Origin: Candidatus Woesebacteria bacterium
Lineage (GTDB): Bacteria > Patescibacteriota > Microgenomatia > UBA10105 > UBA927
DNA: 64,000 nt
Assembly: GCA_018062625.1 (NCBI GenBank)
Contig: JAGORV010000001.1
Span: 33,887 to 97,886 of the forward strand
Direction: 5' to 3'
This document shows, in pieces, positions 53,010-63,092 of this stretch; position 1 is the first letter of the stretch, and each line of letters begins with the position of its first letter. The notes under the pieces were generated by a model, which made no database searches, had not been told where the DNA came from, and saw only the letters and a list, made by a program, of their open reading frames with translations. The translations under genes and the position numbers were made by a program.

Positions 53010-53651
53010 ATGAGTTTTCTTTCATATATTTTTCCTCGCACCATTGTAAGAACTAGTACGTCATATAATCGCGATATTCGCGTGATAGAAGATGCGGGGA
53101 GCTATAAACTTATGGTGAACGGCATTCACCAATCCAGTGAATACATCCGAAAATTTTGGACGCATGCAGTCACACATCTGCATGTAACTGAAGGTATGCA
53201 ATGCAAAAATATATTATATTTGGGAGTCGCTGGTGGTACGATCATTCATATTTTGTCGAAGATGTTTCCAAGAGCTCAGATGACTGGCGTAGACATAGAT
53301 GCGGTGATGATCGAATTAGGAAAAAAATATTTTGGTTTAGGCCAGATGCAAAATCTTACGTTTGTTACCGCTGATGCGAAGTCATACGTGGGCAAGACTA
53401 AAGGGAAATTTGATCTAATAGTAGTGGATATTTACCTAGCTCGTGATTTACCAGACTTTTTAAGAGATAAGAAGTTTTTAAGGGATATTCGATCGAAACT
53501 GTTACCTCATGGACATATGCTTATGAATTATTTGAGAGACGGTGAGTATAAGGATAAGGCGGAGGATTTAGACGAAAAACTCAAAGATGTATTTCGTGAA
53601 GTGCATCATACTAATTATTTGAATAATCGGTTTTTCCTTGCTCGAAAATGA
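53010..53651 (+). CDS. spermidine synthase-like class I methyltransferase-fold protein
   Basis: ILYLGVAGGT, GVDIDAVMIELGKKYF and DLIVVDIY. Confidence 0.6.
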   Translation: MSFLSYIFPRTIVRTSTSYNRDIRVIEDAGSYKLMVNGIHQSSEYIRKFWTHAVTHLHVTEGMQCKNILYLGVAGGTIIHILSKMFPRAQMTGVDIDAVMIELGKKYFGLGQMQNLTFVTADAKSYVGKTKGKFDLIVVDIYLARDLPDFLRDKKFLRDIRSKLLPHGHMLMNYLRDGEYKDKAEDLDEKLKDVFREVHHTNYLNNRFFLARK

Positions 53652-53671
53652 GTGATTTGTGGTAAAATTAC

Positions 53672-56398
53672 ATGACCATGTTTAAGTTCCTCTCGAACCT
53701 TCTAGACAGTAACGCAAAAGAGATAAAAACCTTGCAAACCATCGTGGATAAGGTAAATCTTCTTGAGCCAGATTTTAAGCGTTTGAAAGACGATGGTATT
53801 GCCAAAAAAACAGCCGAATTCAAAAAAAGATTGAGTAGTGGAGAGACGCTTGATGATCTTATGCCAGAAGCCTTTGCGCTTGTTCGCGAAGCTGCAGGTC
53901 GCACTATAGGAGAGCGACATTATAATGTGCAACTTATGGCCGCGGCAGCATTGCATCAGGGCAAAGTTGCCGAACAAAAGACAGGAGAGGGAAAAACTCT
54001 TTCTGCTACCCCTGCTTTATATCTCAATGCGCTTACGGGTCGTGGTGCACATTTGGTTACCGTAAACGATTATCTTGCTCGTCGAGACGCAGGATGGATG
54101 GCTCCGATTTATCATATGTTGGGAATGTCGGTGTCCGCTATTATTAGTGAACAGTCGTTTATATACGATCCTGAGTTTGAAGATAAATCATCGGGCGATT
54201 GGCGTCTGATGCATCTCAAGCCCGTGAGCCGAAAAGAAGCATATCTAGCGGATATCACCTATGGTATAAATTCAGAATTTGGATTTGACTATTTGCGAGA
54301 TAACATGGCCACAGAGATGAGCCAGTTAGCACAGCGTGAATATCATTACGCCATTATCGACGAAGTAGACTCTATTCTTATCGATGAAGCGCGAACTCCG
54401 CACATAATCTCCGCTCCAGCAGAAGAAGCTACCCACAAATATTATGATTATGCCAAGCTTGTAGAAAAACTGACGGGAGAAACAGATTTTGTGATCGATG
54501 AAAAACTTCGCACAGCACATCTTACCGATATAGGAATATTAAAAGTAGAAAAGTTGTTAGGAGTTGGAAACATATATGAGTCTAGTTTTGAAACAGTACA
54601 TCATATAGAAGCGGCGCTTAAAGCTCGAGCTCTTTTTGCTCGTGAAAAGGAATATATAGTCAAAGATGGGCAAGTGGTTATCGTTGATGAGTTTACCGGA
54701 CGATTACTCAACGGCCGTAGGTTTAGTGAAGGCATCCATCAGGCTATCGAAGCCAAAGAGGGAGTCGCGATTCAACAGGAAAGTAAAACGCTTGCTACTG
54801 TAAGTTTGCAAAATTACTTCCGTATGTACGAAAAGCTTGCAGGTATGACTGGAACCGCCGCGACGGAAGCAGAAGAGTTTAAGAAAATCTATAACTTAGA
54901 GGTAGTCGTTATGCCCACGCATCGATCTATGCAGAGAGAAGATTTTTCTGACATGGTCTATAAGACTGTGCGCGGAAAGTATGCGGCAATCGTAGAAGAT
55001 ATTATCGAGCATCATAAAAAAGGACAACCCATATTGGTCGGTACGACCTCTATCGATAAAAACGAAGTAATAAGTGAAGCGCTTAAACGACGTGGAATAC
55101 CCCATGAAGTTCTCAATGCTAAAAATCATTTACAAGAAGCCATGATAATTTCTGAGGCAGGAAAAAAAGGTGGCGTTACCGTAGCTACAAACATGGCGGG
55201 CCGCGGAGTGGATATCATTTTGGGAGGTTCCAAAAAAGAAAAGTGGGAATATGAAGATCCTAAAAATTATGAAAAAGATATCACCGCTTGGAAGAAACGA
55301 CATGATGAAGTGTTGGAATTGGGTGGTCTCTATGTCATCGGTACAGATCGCCATGAATCTCGACGTATAGATAATCAACTTCGTGGTCGAAGTGGTCGTC
55401 AAGGAGATCCGGGTTCTAGTCGATTTTATGTGTCGCTAGAAGACGATATTATGCGTCTGTTTGGTGGCGATCAAGTATCCAAGCTTATGACTGTATTTAA
55501 ACTTCCGGAAGATGTTCCACTTGAGCACCCCATGGTATCTCGAGCACTCGAGCAGGCGCAGATTAAAGTTGAGGGTTTCCATTTTGATAATCGTAAGCAT
55601 CTTGTCGAATACGATGATGTGCTCACGCGCCAGCGCGAAATAGTATATCGTCGAAGAAGAAAAATTTTGGAAGGTGATAGCCAGCGTGATGCATTGTTAC
55701 AAAAATTTGAAGCAGAAATTTCAAATGTTGTAACTATCTATAGTGCAGAGCATGCAATCGATCGAGAAAAAATTATTTCAGAATTTACTTCTATTATCCC
55801 ATTTGATCCAGCATCACAGGCGCAACTTGTGAAACAACTTGAACAGTTGCATACACCGCAGGATATATCAGAGTTTTTGATAAAAGTATCTTCGGATGTT
55901 TATGCACAACGAGAGAAGCAAGTAGGAGAAGAAGTGGCACGACAAATCGAGCGGTGGGTTAGCCTGCAAGTGATTGACAACCTTTGGATGGATCATTTGG
56001 ATGCAATCGATGATTTACGAGAAGGTATTGGACTTCGAGGATATGGGCAAAGAGATCCACTCGTCGAATATAAAAATGAAGCATTTTCTATGTTTGAACG
56101 TTTGGTATCAACAATAGACAGTGAAATAGTGCATCGAATTTTTAAAGTGCAGGTGCAGCTAGCGCCAAATCAGGTTCCACACCATCACCACCATGACCAC
56201 GAGGGACAAGGGGGAGGTGCGGTTACAGCACAGCCGATAATTCCCATTTCTAAGCCGAGAAAATTACAAACAAACGCTTCGCAGGAAGCACAACCCAAGG
56301 CTCCAAAAGTGAATTCATCAGTCTTGAGTCGCAATGATCCATGTTGGTGCGGAAGCGGTAAAAAATGGAAGAAGTGTCATTATCCCAAAACGAATTAG
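53672..56398 (+). CDS. secA: preprotein translocase ATPase SecA
   Basis: 908 aa. Contains MKTGEGKTL-like QKTGEGKTL, the DEVDSILIDEARTP DEAD motif, TNMAGRGVDI, and a C-terminal zinc finger CWCGSGKKWKKCH. Confidence 0.95.
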   Translation: MTMFKFLSNLLDSNAKEIKTLQTIVDKVNLLEPDFKRLKDDGIAKKTAEFKKRLSSGETLDDLMPEAFALVREAAGRTIGERHYNVQLMAAAALHQGKVAEQKTGEGKTLSATPALYLNALTGRGAHLVTVNDYLARRDAGWMAPIYHMLGMSVSAIISEQSFIYDPEFEDKSSGDWRLMHLKPVSRKEAYLADITYGINSEFGFDYLRDNMATEMSQLAQREYHYAIIDEVDSILIDEARTPHIISAPAEEATHKYYDYAKLVEKLTGETDFVIDEKLRTAHLTDIGILKVEKLLGVGNIYESSFETVHHIEAALKARALFAREKEYIVKDGQVVIVDEFTGRLLNGRRFSEGIHQAIEAKEGVAIQQESKTLATVSLQNYFRMYEKLAGMTGTAATEAEEFKKIYNLEVVVMPTHRSMQREDFSDMVYKTVRGKYAAIVEDIIEHHKKGQPILVGTTSIDKNEVISEALKRRGIPHEVLNAKNHLQEAMIISEAGKKGGVTVATNMAGRGVDIILGGSKKEKWEYEDPKNYEKDITAWKKRHDEVLELGGLYVIGTDRHESRRIDNQLRGRSGRQGDPGSSRFYVSLEDDIMRLFGGDQVSKLMTVFKLPEDVPLEHPMVSRALEQAQIKVEGFHFDNRKHLVEYDDVLTRQREIVYRRRRKILEGDSQRDALLQKFEAEISNVVTIYSAEHAIDREKIISEFTSIIPFDPASQAQLVKQLEQLHTPQDISEFLIKVSSDVYAQREKQVGEEVARQIERWVSLQVIDNLWMDHLDAIDDLREGIGLRGYGQRDPLVEYKNEAFSMFERLVSTIDSEIVHRIFKVQVQLAPNQVPHHHHHDHEGQGGGAVTAQPIIPISKPRKLQTNASQEAQPKAPKVNSSVLSRNDPCWCGSGKKWKKCHYPKTN

Positions 56399-56482
56399 TC
56401 GTAGATATATGGACTTCTTTCATTCCCCAAAAATATATATTTCAGCAGACTTGTCTAGATAGTTTGTTATAATGCGATACCT

Positions 56483-57586
56483 ATGAATCGAAAAATCCTT
56501 GGGATTATATTGATTACAGTCGCATTATGTTCAGGAGTATTTGTGTTGCTACGAGCAAATAAGCAAACGGGCGGAATTTTGCGTGTGGCACCTACCCCAA
56601 CTCCCACCCCAGATCCTTTAGCACCTAAGAATATATTACTCATGGGTTACGGAGGCGGGACACATGAAGGCGGATTGCTTACTGACACGATGATGGTGGC
56701 ACATATAGACCCAAAGCTTAAAAGTGTGTCGTTTATATCCATCCCTCGTGATCTCTGGGTCCCTCTGCCATTGCTACCAAATGGTACAGTGCAAGAAAAA
56801 ATAAATACCGCGTATGCTTATGGTTTTGACACCAAGCAGTATCTTAATCGTCAGTCCCAATATTTGGGGGATGAGGGGGGTGCAAATCTGGCCAAATATG
56901 CAGCCAGTCAAGTAACGGGTATGACTATGGATGCTTATGTTGCTGTGAGTTTTGATGGATTTAAAAGTGTACTCAATACTCTTGGCCCAATTACAGTGAA
57001 AGTACCGTTTACTTTTGAAGATACATATTACCCGATAGAAGGGAAAGAAAAAGATGTATGTGATAAATCGCCTGAGGTGGTAGAAGCCGTAACTGCTACT
57101 TTGTCAGGAGAATTGTTAGAGCATGAATTTATGTGTAGATATGAGACGGTAAAATTTGAGAAAGGTGAGCAAGTCATGGAGGCTAGTCCTGCACTACAAT
57201 TTGTGCGTTCTCGGCATTCCGTTATGTATCCGGGTGACTTTTATCGCTCTATGCGACAGCAGGCATTGATTGCGGGTGTTATAGCCAAGCTTAAAACACT
57301 TGGAGGAATCGTAAAAATTCCAACATTACTTACTCAAGTAAATAGGTATATCGCAACAGATCTAACAGCTCCTTATGTGCTTGAACTTATGCAGAGATAT
57401 GGCAATCCATTAGACTTTCAGGTGTCTCGAATTCCACTTTCTGAGGACAATGTGCTTATAGCATCACATAGCGCCAAAGGTCAGTATATACTGGTTCCAA
57501 AAATTGGAAATGACTTTGAAAGCATTGAGTCTTATATTACACAACAAATTGCGACTCTATCTGCCACACCAACAAAAGTCCAGTGA
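56483..57586 (+). CDS. LytR-CpsA-Psr (LCP) family protein
   Basis: TM anchor, LLMGYGG....LTDTMMVAHIDP and ISIPRDLWV. Confidence 0.85.
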   Translation: MNRKILGIILITVALCSGVFVLLRANKQTGGILRVAPTPTPTPDPLAPKNILLMGYGGGTHEGGLLTDTMMVAHIDPKLKSVSFISIPRDLWVPLPLLPNGTVQEKINTAYAYGFDTKQYLNRQSQYLGDEGGANLAKYAASQVTGMTMDAYVAVSFDGFKSVLNTLGPITVKVPFTFEDTYYPIEGKEKDVCDKSPEVVEAVTATLSGELLEHEFMCRYETVKFEKGEQVMEASPALQFVRSRHSVMYPGDFYRSMRQQALIAGVIAKLKTLGGIVKIPTLLTQVNRYIATDLTAPYVLELMQRYGNPLDFQVSRIPLSEDNVLIASHSAKGQYILVPKIGNDFESIESYITQQIATLSATPTKVQ

Positions 57587-59032
57587 TTATAGATATTTAG
57601 TGAGGAGTTCCCCGAGGGTTTGAATTTGAGAAGCAGTTTCGCTTCCTAATGAGATTCGTAAAAACGAATGTGAATATTGGGTGTGCATAGCCACAGTATA
57701 TATGCGAGTAGTTTGAAGGCCAAAGCTTGTCCCATGGACTATCTGTATGTTTGATTTTTTTGCAGCTGCGACAACTTGATGAATGTAGCGATTGTAAGAG
57801 TGTAAGAGTGACTGGCGCCAATGAAGGATTAAATATACACCTTGAGATTTGACAGGGTAAATGACGTGAATTTTTTTAGTCTTTATTTTTGCGTTATTTC
57901 GGAGGTATGAAACGAGTTCTTCGGTATTTCTCACGAGGCGCTTTGTATAGAGTTTGGCCATTTCGCGATTGGGAGTTGGAAGCGTTGCTATGGTGGAATC
58001 TGGACATATAGTACCCGCATGGTCACGATAATCATACAGTTTTTGTGAAATATACCCCGTTCCCCAGACAATACCGGCACATACTCGATCAAGGCCATAT
58101 TGAAGTAATTTATTTTGGCTCTCTATCCCAATAAGGGTTATGTTTTTTGGTAAGGTGAATCCTTTTATGTAGGTAGCAGATAATGTATTTGCGGAAGGGT
58201 CGCATACGATAAACACGTGATCTCTCGTTGCGCCAGAAGCGAGGTGTACAAGATCGGATATTTCGACTTGTCGCATAGATGGTTCGTTGCCTAAAGTGTC
58301 GGCAAATATGGCGACTGGCCTGTATTTATTACATGTGTCGCGAGTTAGCTCTGTGTCAGATAAATCTACCTCGTGTACTCTGTGGCCAAAAAGTTTATTG
58401 ATTAATTGTTTCGTCTCAAAATAACATGATTTGCCCATAAGAATAGTGCCATCATTTGGAGTTTCTCCTTGGATAAATAACGCGGCAGTTGTCATCGCCG
58501 CCATACCGCTCGATGTGGCAAAGGTAAAAACAGGGATAGTGTGCGGGATCGGGATGTACTGCTTGCGATATGCTTTTTCAAATTCAACTCCCAATACGTG
58601 CATGTCGCGCGTGTAGTCGTTGAAATGGGCAAGAATTTTTCCCTTTAGAGATCCGACGTTATCAACTACAGCGGAATCTATAGCAGGGGATTGCCAATGG
58701 GACATAGTAACGATCTGTCCGACTAATCCCGCAATCTGGTGGAGATGCGCTATAATTTGTTGTTTTTGTGCATAGATATTTGATAATGACTGTGCGTCTA
58801 CACGTAAAGCATCATGACGAAATTGATTTATAGAATCCGAAACAAGTCTTAACTCAAGTTCTACAAATTGTGATGCTTTTTCTGATATTTCTTTTCGGGC
58901 GCTTTGGTGATTGGCGCCTTGCGATTCGATAAGTTTGCGACGATAGTCGAGTGTAATATACGTAAATATTTTTACATCATCAGTAAGGTCACGAATGGTT
59001 TGTGCTAGTACGTCAGTCCGTTTCATAACCAC
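57587..59032 (-). CDS. divergent Cys/Met-metabolism-type PLP-dependent enzyme with a ~130-aa N-terminal extension
   Basis: TSSGMAAMTTAAL, IFADTLGNEP, IVCDPS, ESQNKLLQ (candidate PLP Lys), FGLQTTRI and LRISLGSE. Confidence 0.5.
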   Translation of the reverse strand: MVMKRTDVLAQTIRDLTDDVKIFTYITLDYRRKLIESQGANHQSARKEISEKASQFVELELRLVSDSINQFRHDALRVDAQSLSNIYAQKQQIIAHLHQIAGLVGQIVTMSHWQSPAIDSAVVDNVGSLKGKILAHFNDYTRDMHVLGVEFEKAYRKQYIPIPHTIPVFTFATSSGMAAMTTAALFIQGETPNDGTILMGKSCYFETKQLINKLFGHRVHEVDLSDTELTRDTCNKYRPVAIFADTLGNEPSMRQVEISDLVHLASGATRDHVFIVCDPSANTLSATYIKGFTLPKNITLIGIESQNKLLQYGLDRVCAGIVWGTGYISQKLYDYRDHAGTICPDSTIATLPTPNREMAKLYTKRLVRNTEELVSYLRNNAKIKTKKIHVIYPVKSQGVYLILHWRQSLLHSYNRYIHQVVAAAKKSNIQIVHGTSFGLQTTRIYTVAMHTQYSHSFLRISLGSETASQIQTLGELLTKYL

Positions 59033-59073
59033 GAGTATACCACCCGAGGCAGGATCCTTGGTACAATCATGCT

Positions 59074-59940
59074 ATGAAACGTGTGGCATTTGTTACCCAG
59101 ATCGCTCAACCGAACTTGAACGATTCAGACGCTCTGGTGGTTCCTCTTTTGGCAAATAAAGGGGTAGTAGTTGAAGCCAAGCCTTGGGATGATACATCTG
59201 TGGAGTGGCGCGCATATGACGCAGTGGTTTTGCGCTCTGCATGGAATTATCATTTACACACACTGCAATTTCAAGCGTGGCTAGCGCGCCTTGAAGCTAT
59301 AGGTATACGCGTTTGGAATACTCCAGCAGTTATTGGGCGCAATACAAATAAATTATATTTATTTGAATTAGAGACATTGGGAGTCCAAATCGTTCCTTCT
59401 GTGCTGTGTCATATTTTGAGCGGAGAAATTTTCCGTCGTGTACGCATGTGGGATATGATAGTCATCAAGCCTGCTGTGGGTGCTACCTCATATCGAGTTA
59501 AGAAGTTTGCTTCTTCTGCATTTTTATTTTGGATTCCTTATGTATGGTTATTGCTGCGTTCTGGACCCGTGATTATACAAAAATTTATCAAGTCAGTAGA
59601 GCACGGTGAATACTCGTTGATATTTTTTGATAAAAAATTTAGTCATGCAGTAAAAAAAGTTCCCAAAATTGGTGATTTTCGATCGCAGGAAGTCTTTGGT
59701 GGCACAGATATTCCTGTAACTCTTTCAAATGAGAGTATAAAACAAGCAAAAAGTATTCTCGATCATATATCAGAAGATTTGTTGTATGCGCGAGTCGATG
59801 GATTGGTGATAGATGGAACATTTTATCTTATGGAACTGGAGTTGACGGAACCGTATTTATTTTTGAAATCAGACGCGCGTGCCGCGCTGCGATTTGCAGA
59901 TGCCATATATTCATGTTTGAATAGATATACGAAATTATGA
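59074..59940 (+). CDS. RimK/glutathione-synthetase-like ATP-grasp protein
   Basis: The N-terminal pattern VAFVT......D...V..L...G...E...WDD..V.W..YD.VVLRS.W.Y......F..W resembles the actinobacterial-type ATP-grasp family. 288 aa. Confidence 0.45.
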   Translation: MKRVAFVTQIAQPNLNDSDALVVPLLANKGVVVEAKPWDDTSVEWRAYDAVVLRSAWNYHLHTLQFQAWLARLEAIGIRVWNTPAVIGRNTNKLYLFELETLGVQIVPSVLCHILSGEIFRRVRMWDMIVIKPAVGATSYRVKKFASSAFLFWIPYVWLLLRSGPVIIQKFIKSVEHGEYSLIFFDKKFSHAVKKVPKIGDFRSQEVFGGTDIPVTLSNESIKQAKSILDHISEDLLYARVDGLVIDGTFYLMELELTEPYLFLKSDARAALRFADAIYSCLNRYTKL

Positions 59941-60569
59941 AAACATTAACACCCCTTCATTATCGTCGCGTGGCCAATAAATTTTCTCTGCCAACACTTA
60001 TTTTTGTGTTGGTTGCATTAATTTTAGGAGGAGACAAACTTCGAACATTTCAATCAGATACACTGCCGATTACTCCCACTCCAATGGATGTCAGTTCGAG
60101 AATTGTAACAAGCAGCGAGGCCACAAACAGTGCAACTGCACGGGTAGTGAAAGTGGTAGATGGGGACACAATCAGCGTTTTGCTTAATGGGAAAAAAGAA
60201 ACAGTTCGACTTATAGGTATTGATACGCCCGAGGTGGTAGACCCAAGACGACTTGTGCAATGTTTTGGAAAAGAAGCATCAGAAAAAACAAAGCAACTCC
60301 TTACCGATAAACAAGTTACGCTCGTCGATGATCAGTCACAAGGAAATAGAGACAAATATAATCGGCTGTTGCGATATGTGTTTCTGGATGATGTGAATAT
60401 AAATCAACAGTTACTAGAAGAGGGGTATGCTCATGAATACACGTACCGATTGCCATATACGTATCAACCTGAATTTACTGACGCAGAAAGAAGAGCTCGA
60501 GAAAATAAAAAAGGATTATGGGCAGATGGAGTGTGTCCAGTGGGGACTGTTACACCCTCATCGCTTTAA
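59937..60569 (+). CDS. membrane-anchored thermonuclease (SNase) family protein
   Basis: VVKVVDGDTI, VRLIGIDTPE, YNRLLRYV and AE..AR..KKGLW. Confidence 0.8.
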   Translation: MKTLTPLHYRRVANKFSLPTLIFVLVALILGGDKLRTFQSDTLPITPTPMDVSSRIVTSSEATNSATARVVKVVDGDTISVLLNGKKETVRLIGIDTPEVVDPRRLVQCFGKEASEKTKQLLTDKQVTLVDDQSQGNRDKYNRLLRYVFLDDVNINQQLLEEGYAHEYTYRLPYTYQPEFTDAERRARENKKGLWADGVCPVGTVTPSSL

Positions 60570-62862
60570 GTCTTAGTGAGTTAGCTACTACCGATACGCT
60601 ACTGAGCCCCATAGCAGCCCCTGCGATTGCCGGATTCAATAATAGTCCAAATGCTGGGTAGAGTACTCCGGCTGCGACAGGAATGCCGATAATGTTGTAG
60701 AAAAATGCCCAAAATAAATTTTGTTTGATCACGCGCATTGTTTTTCGAGAAAGCAGAATAGCTTGTGGGAGTTTGGCGATGTGTCCGCCGAGGAGCGTGA
60801 TCCCTGCAGATTCTATTGCTACGTCAGCGCCAGTTCCCATGGCAATTCCAACATCAGAAGTAGCCAGTGCTGGCGCATCGTTTATACCATCACCAACCAT
60901 AGCGACTTTATGTCCTTCATGTTGAAGTGTTTGAATTTGTTGCGCTTTTTGGCTTGGAAGAACTTCGGCAATAACATGGTCTATACCAACTTGTTTGGCA
61001 ATATATTCGGCGGTTTGTTTATTATCGCCAGTGAGCATAGCAACTTTTATGCCAAACGAATGAAGTCGTTTGATCGTGCTTTTTGCTTCGTTTCGCACTG
61101 TATCTGCTATACCGATGTAACCAATTATTGTCTTTTTGGTCATTAAAATTATTGGTGTTTTTCCTTGGGTGGCAAATGTAGTTATGGTCTCATTATCGAT
61201 AGATAAGCCAAGATCTGTTGCAAGTGTTAGATTGCCAGCGAAATATCGAATGGTACCGATGGTGCCCTGCAAGCCTTTTCCTTCTATTGCCAAAAAATCT
61301 TTTACTTTTGAAAGCTGAATCTTTTTTTCTATCGCGTGTGAAACCACAGCAAGAGCTAGCGGATGTTCAGATTGCTTTTCAAGAGATGCGAGAATTTTGA
61401 TAACTTCTGATTGGGTGTGACCGCTAGTGGAACGAACATCGGTAACACGTGGAGCGCCATTGGTTATCGTACCGGTTTTATCCATTACAATATAATTTAT
61501 ACGATGAAGTTTTTCCAAGCTTTCTGCATTTTTTATGAGAATACCCAGTTGTGCAGCTTTTCCGACTCCCACGATGATTGCGGTAGGGGTAGCAAGGCCC
61601 ATGGCACATGGACATGCTATGACAAGGATCCCAACCAAGCTTAATATTCCTAGCGTTAGCGCTTGAGAGAATGGCATGAATTGGCTTCCAATCATAAGCC
61701 ATGCGATAAAAGTAATGATCGCAATAACAAGAACTATTGGGACAAAAACAGCAGAAACTTGATCTGCGAGTCGTTCGATAGGCGCTTTGGATCCTTGCGC
61801 CTCTTCTACCATTTTTATAATTTGCGCAAGCATGCTTTCGCTCCCCACTTTGGTTGCTCGAACGCGGAGGTATCCTTGTTTGTTTATAGTGGCTCCGATT
61901 ACTGTATCTTTGGGACCTTTGTCTACAGGTATAGGTTCACCGGTAATCATGGATTCATCGATGGAGGATGATCCTTCTATAATGACACCATCAACTGCAA
62001 TTTTTTGCCCTGGTTTTACTATGCACACATCACCTTCTATTACTTGATTAATAGGTATTTCTATTTCTTTACCATCACGAAGTACTAAAGCGCTTTTAGC
62101 CTGCAGTCCAATAAGTTTTTCGATAGCTTCACCTGTTTTGAGCTTTGATCTGGCTTCGAGAAATTTTCCAAGAGTGATAAATCCGATGACGACGATGGTT
62201 ACGTCATAGTAGTTTTGTTGTGTATTCACAAATGCCGCTAGTGGTGCCTCAAATGCTGTTACGATAAAACTATAGAGAAACGCGACGGATGTGCCAATAC
62301 CCACAAGGGTGTCCATGTTTGCAACTTTATGTTTGAAAAAGCGAGCGACGCCTTGAAGGTATGGAAGCCCAACGACAAATAGCGCGTACGTTGCAAATAT
62401 TGGAAGTAGATGATGGAAAAACTCCATGAGCATCTCTGGCATTTCTGGCCAAAGCATAAGAGGATCAGCGCCGATTTCCCATCCCATGACAACTATGCTT
62501 ACTGCCACCATAGGGAGAATAATTCGTACGTGATTTTCGAGTTTAGCTAGTTCTTTGATTTTGTGTTCTTTTACTGATTGATCGCTGGTTATCGGGCTCA
62601 TCATGTCATGCCCCTCGTGTATAGAGTGAACCATGTCGTTCATTTGCGCTGCTGGAGCAGTTAGTGTGTATCCTAGTTTATCTATTTCTTTATTCATTTT
62701 CTCTATAGTTATTTTTTCTGGATCGTATGAAACTTTTGCTTTTTCAGCCCCATAGTTTACTTCACAGGATTCTACGCCTTCGAGTTTTTGAAGTGAGCGC
62801 TTGATCACTGATGCGCAGGACGCACAGTGCATACCCAATACATTCATTGATTGTGTTTTCAT
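60550..62862 (-). CDS. copA: copper-translocating P1B-type ATPase
   Basis: N-terminal HMA GMHCASCA, TGEP, CPC, DKTGT, and GDGINDAP. Confidence 0.9.
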   Translation of the reverse strand: MKTQSMNVLGMHCASCASVIKRSLQKLEGVESCEVNYGAEKAKVSYDPEKITIEKMNKEIDKLGYTLTAPAAQMNDMVHSIHEGHDMMSPITSDQSVKEHKIKELAKLENHVRIILPMVAVSIVVMGWEIGADPLMLWPEMPEMLMEFFHHLLPIFATYALFVVGLPYLQGVARFFKHKVANMDTLVGIGTSVAFLYSFIVTAFEAPLAAFVNTQQNYYDVTIVVIGFITLGKFLEARSKLKTGEAIEKLIGLQAKSALVLRDGKEIEIPINQVIEGDVCIVKPGQKIAVDGVIIEGSSSIDESMITGEPIPVDKGPKDTVIGATINKQGYLRVRATKVGSESMLAQIIKMVEEAQGSKAPIERLADQVSAVFVPIVLVIAIITFIAWLMIGSQFMPFSQALTLGILSLVGILVIACPCAMGLATPTAIIVGVGKAAQLGILIKNAESLEKLHRINYIVMDKTGTITNGAPRVTDVRSTSGHTQSEVIKILASLEKQSEHPLALAVVSHAIEKKIQLSKVKDFLAIEGKGLQGTIGTIRYFAGNLTLATDLGLSIDNETITTFATQGKTPIILMTKKTIIGYIGIADTVRNEAKSTIKRLHSFGIKVAMLTGDNKQTAEYIAKQVGIDHVIAEVLPSQKAQQIQTLQHEGHKVAMVGDGINDAPALATSDVGIAMGTGADVAIESAGITLLGGHIAKLPQAILLSRKTMRVIKQNLFWAFFYNIIGIPVAAGVLYPAFGLLLNPAIAGAAMGLSSVSVVANSLRLKAMRV

Positions 62863-63092
62863 ATTGGTTTTACGTCGTACTTAAGTTTACGGATTGTATC
62901 TGAGAGCATATCGACTGTTATTTTTTTAGGATCAAATGTTACTTTTGTAATTGCTTTGGCATAGTTGGTATTTGCGCTTTGTACTCCATTGAGATCCTCT
63001 AATTCAAAATCTATATTCATTGCACAACTCGTGCAGTGCATACCGACAATTTGTAGTGTAAGCGTTGTATGATTTTGTGAATTAGATGACAT
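62859..63092 (-). CDS. copZ: heavy-metal-associated domain copper chaperone (CopZ-like)
   Basis: 77 aa with GMHCTSCA. It overlaps both neighbouring genes. Confidence 0.8.
   Translation of the reverse strand: MSSNSQNHTTLTLQIVGMHCTSCAMNIDFELEDLNGVQSANTNYAKAITKVTFDPKKITVDMLSDTIRKLKYDVKPI

Noticed and set aside
56170-56200. A run of His codons (HHHHHDH) near the SecA C-terminus.
   Set aside because: It is a low-complexity linker preceding the canonical SecA zinc-finger tail. It is not a separate element or an engineered tag, because it sits in frame within a native-looking context.
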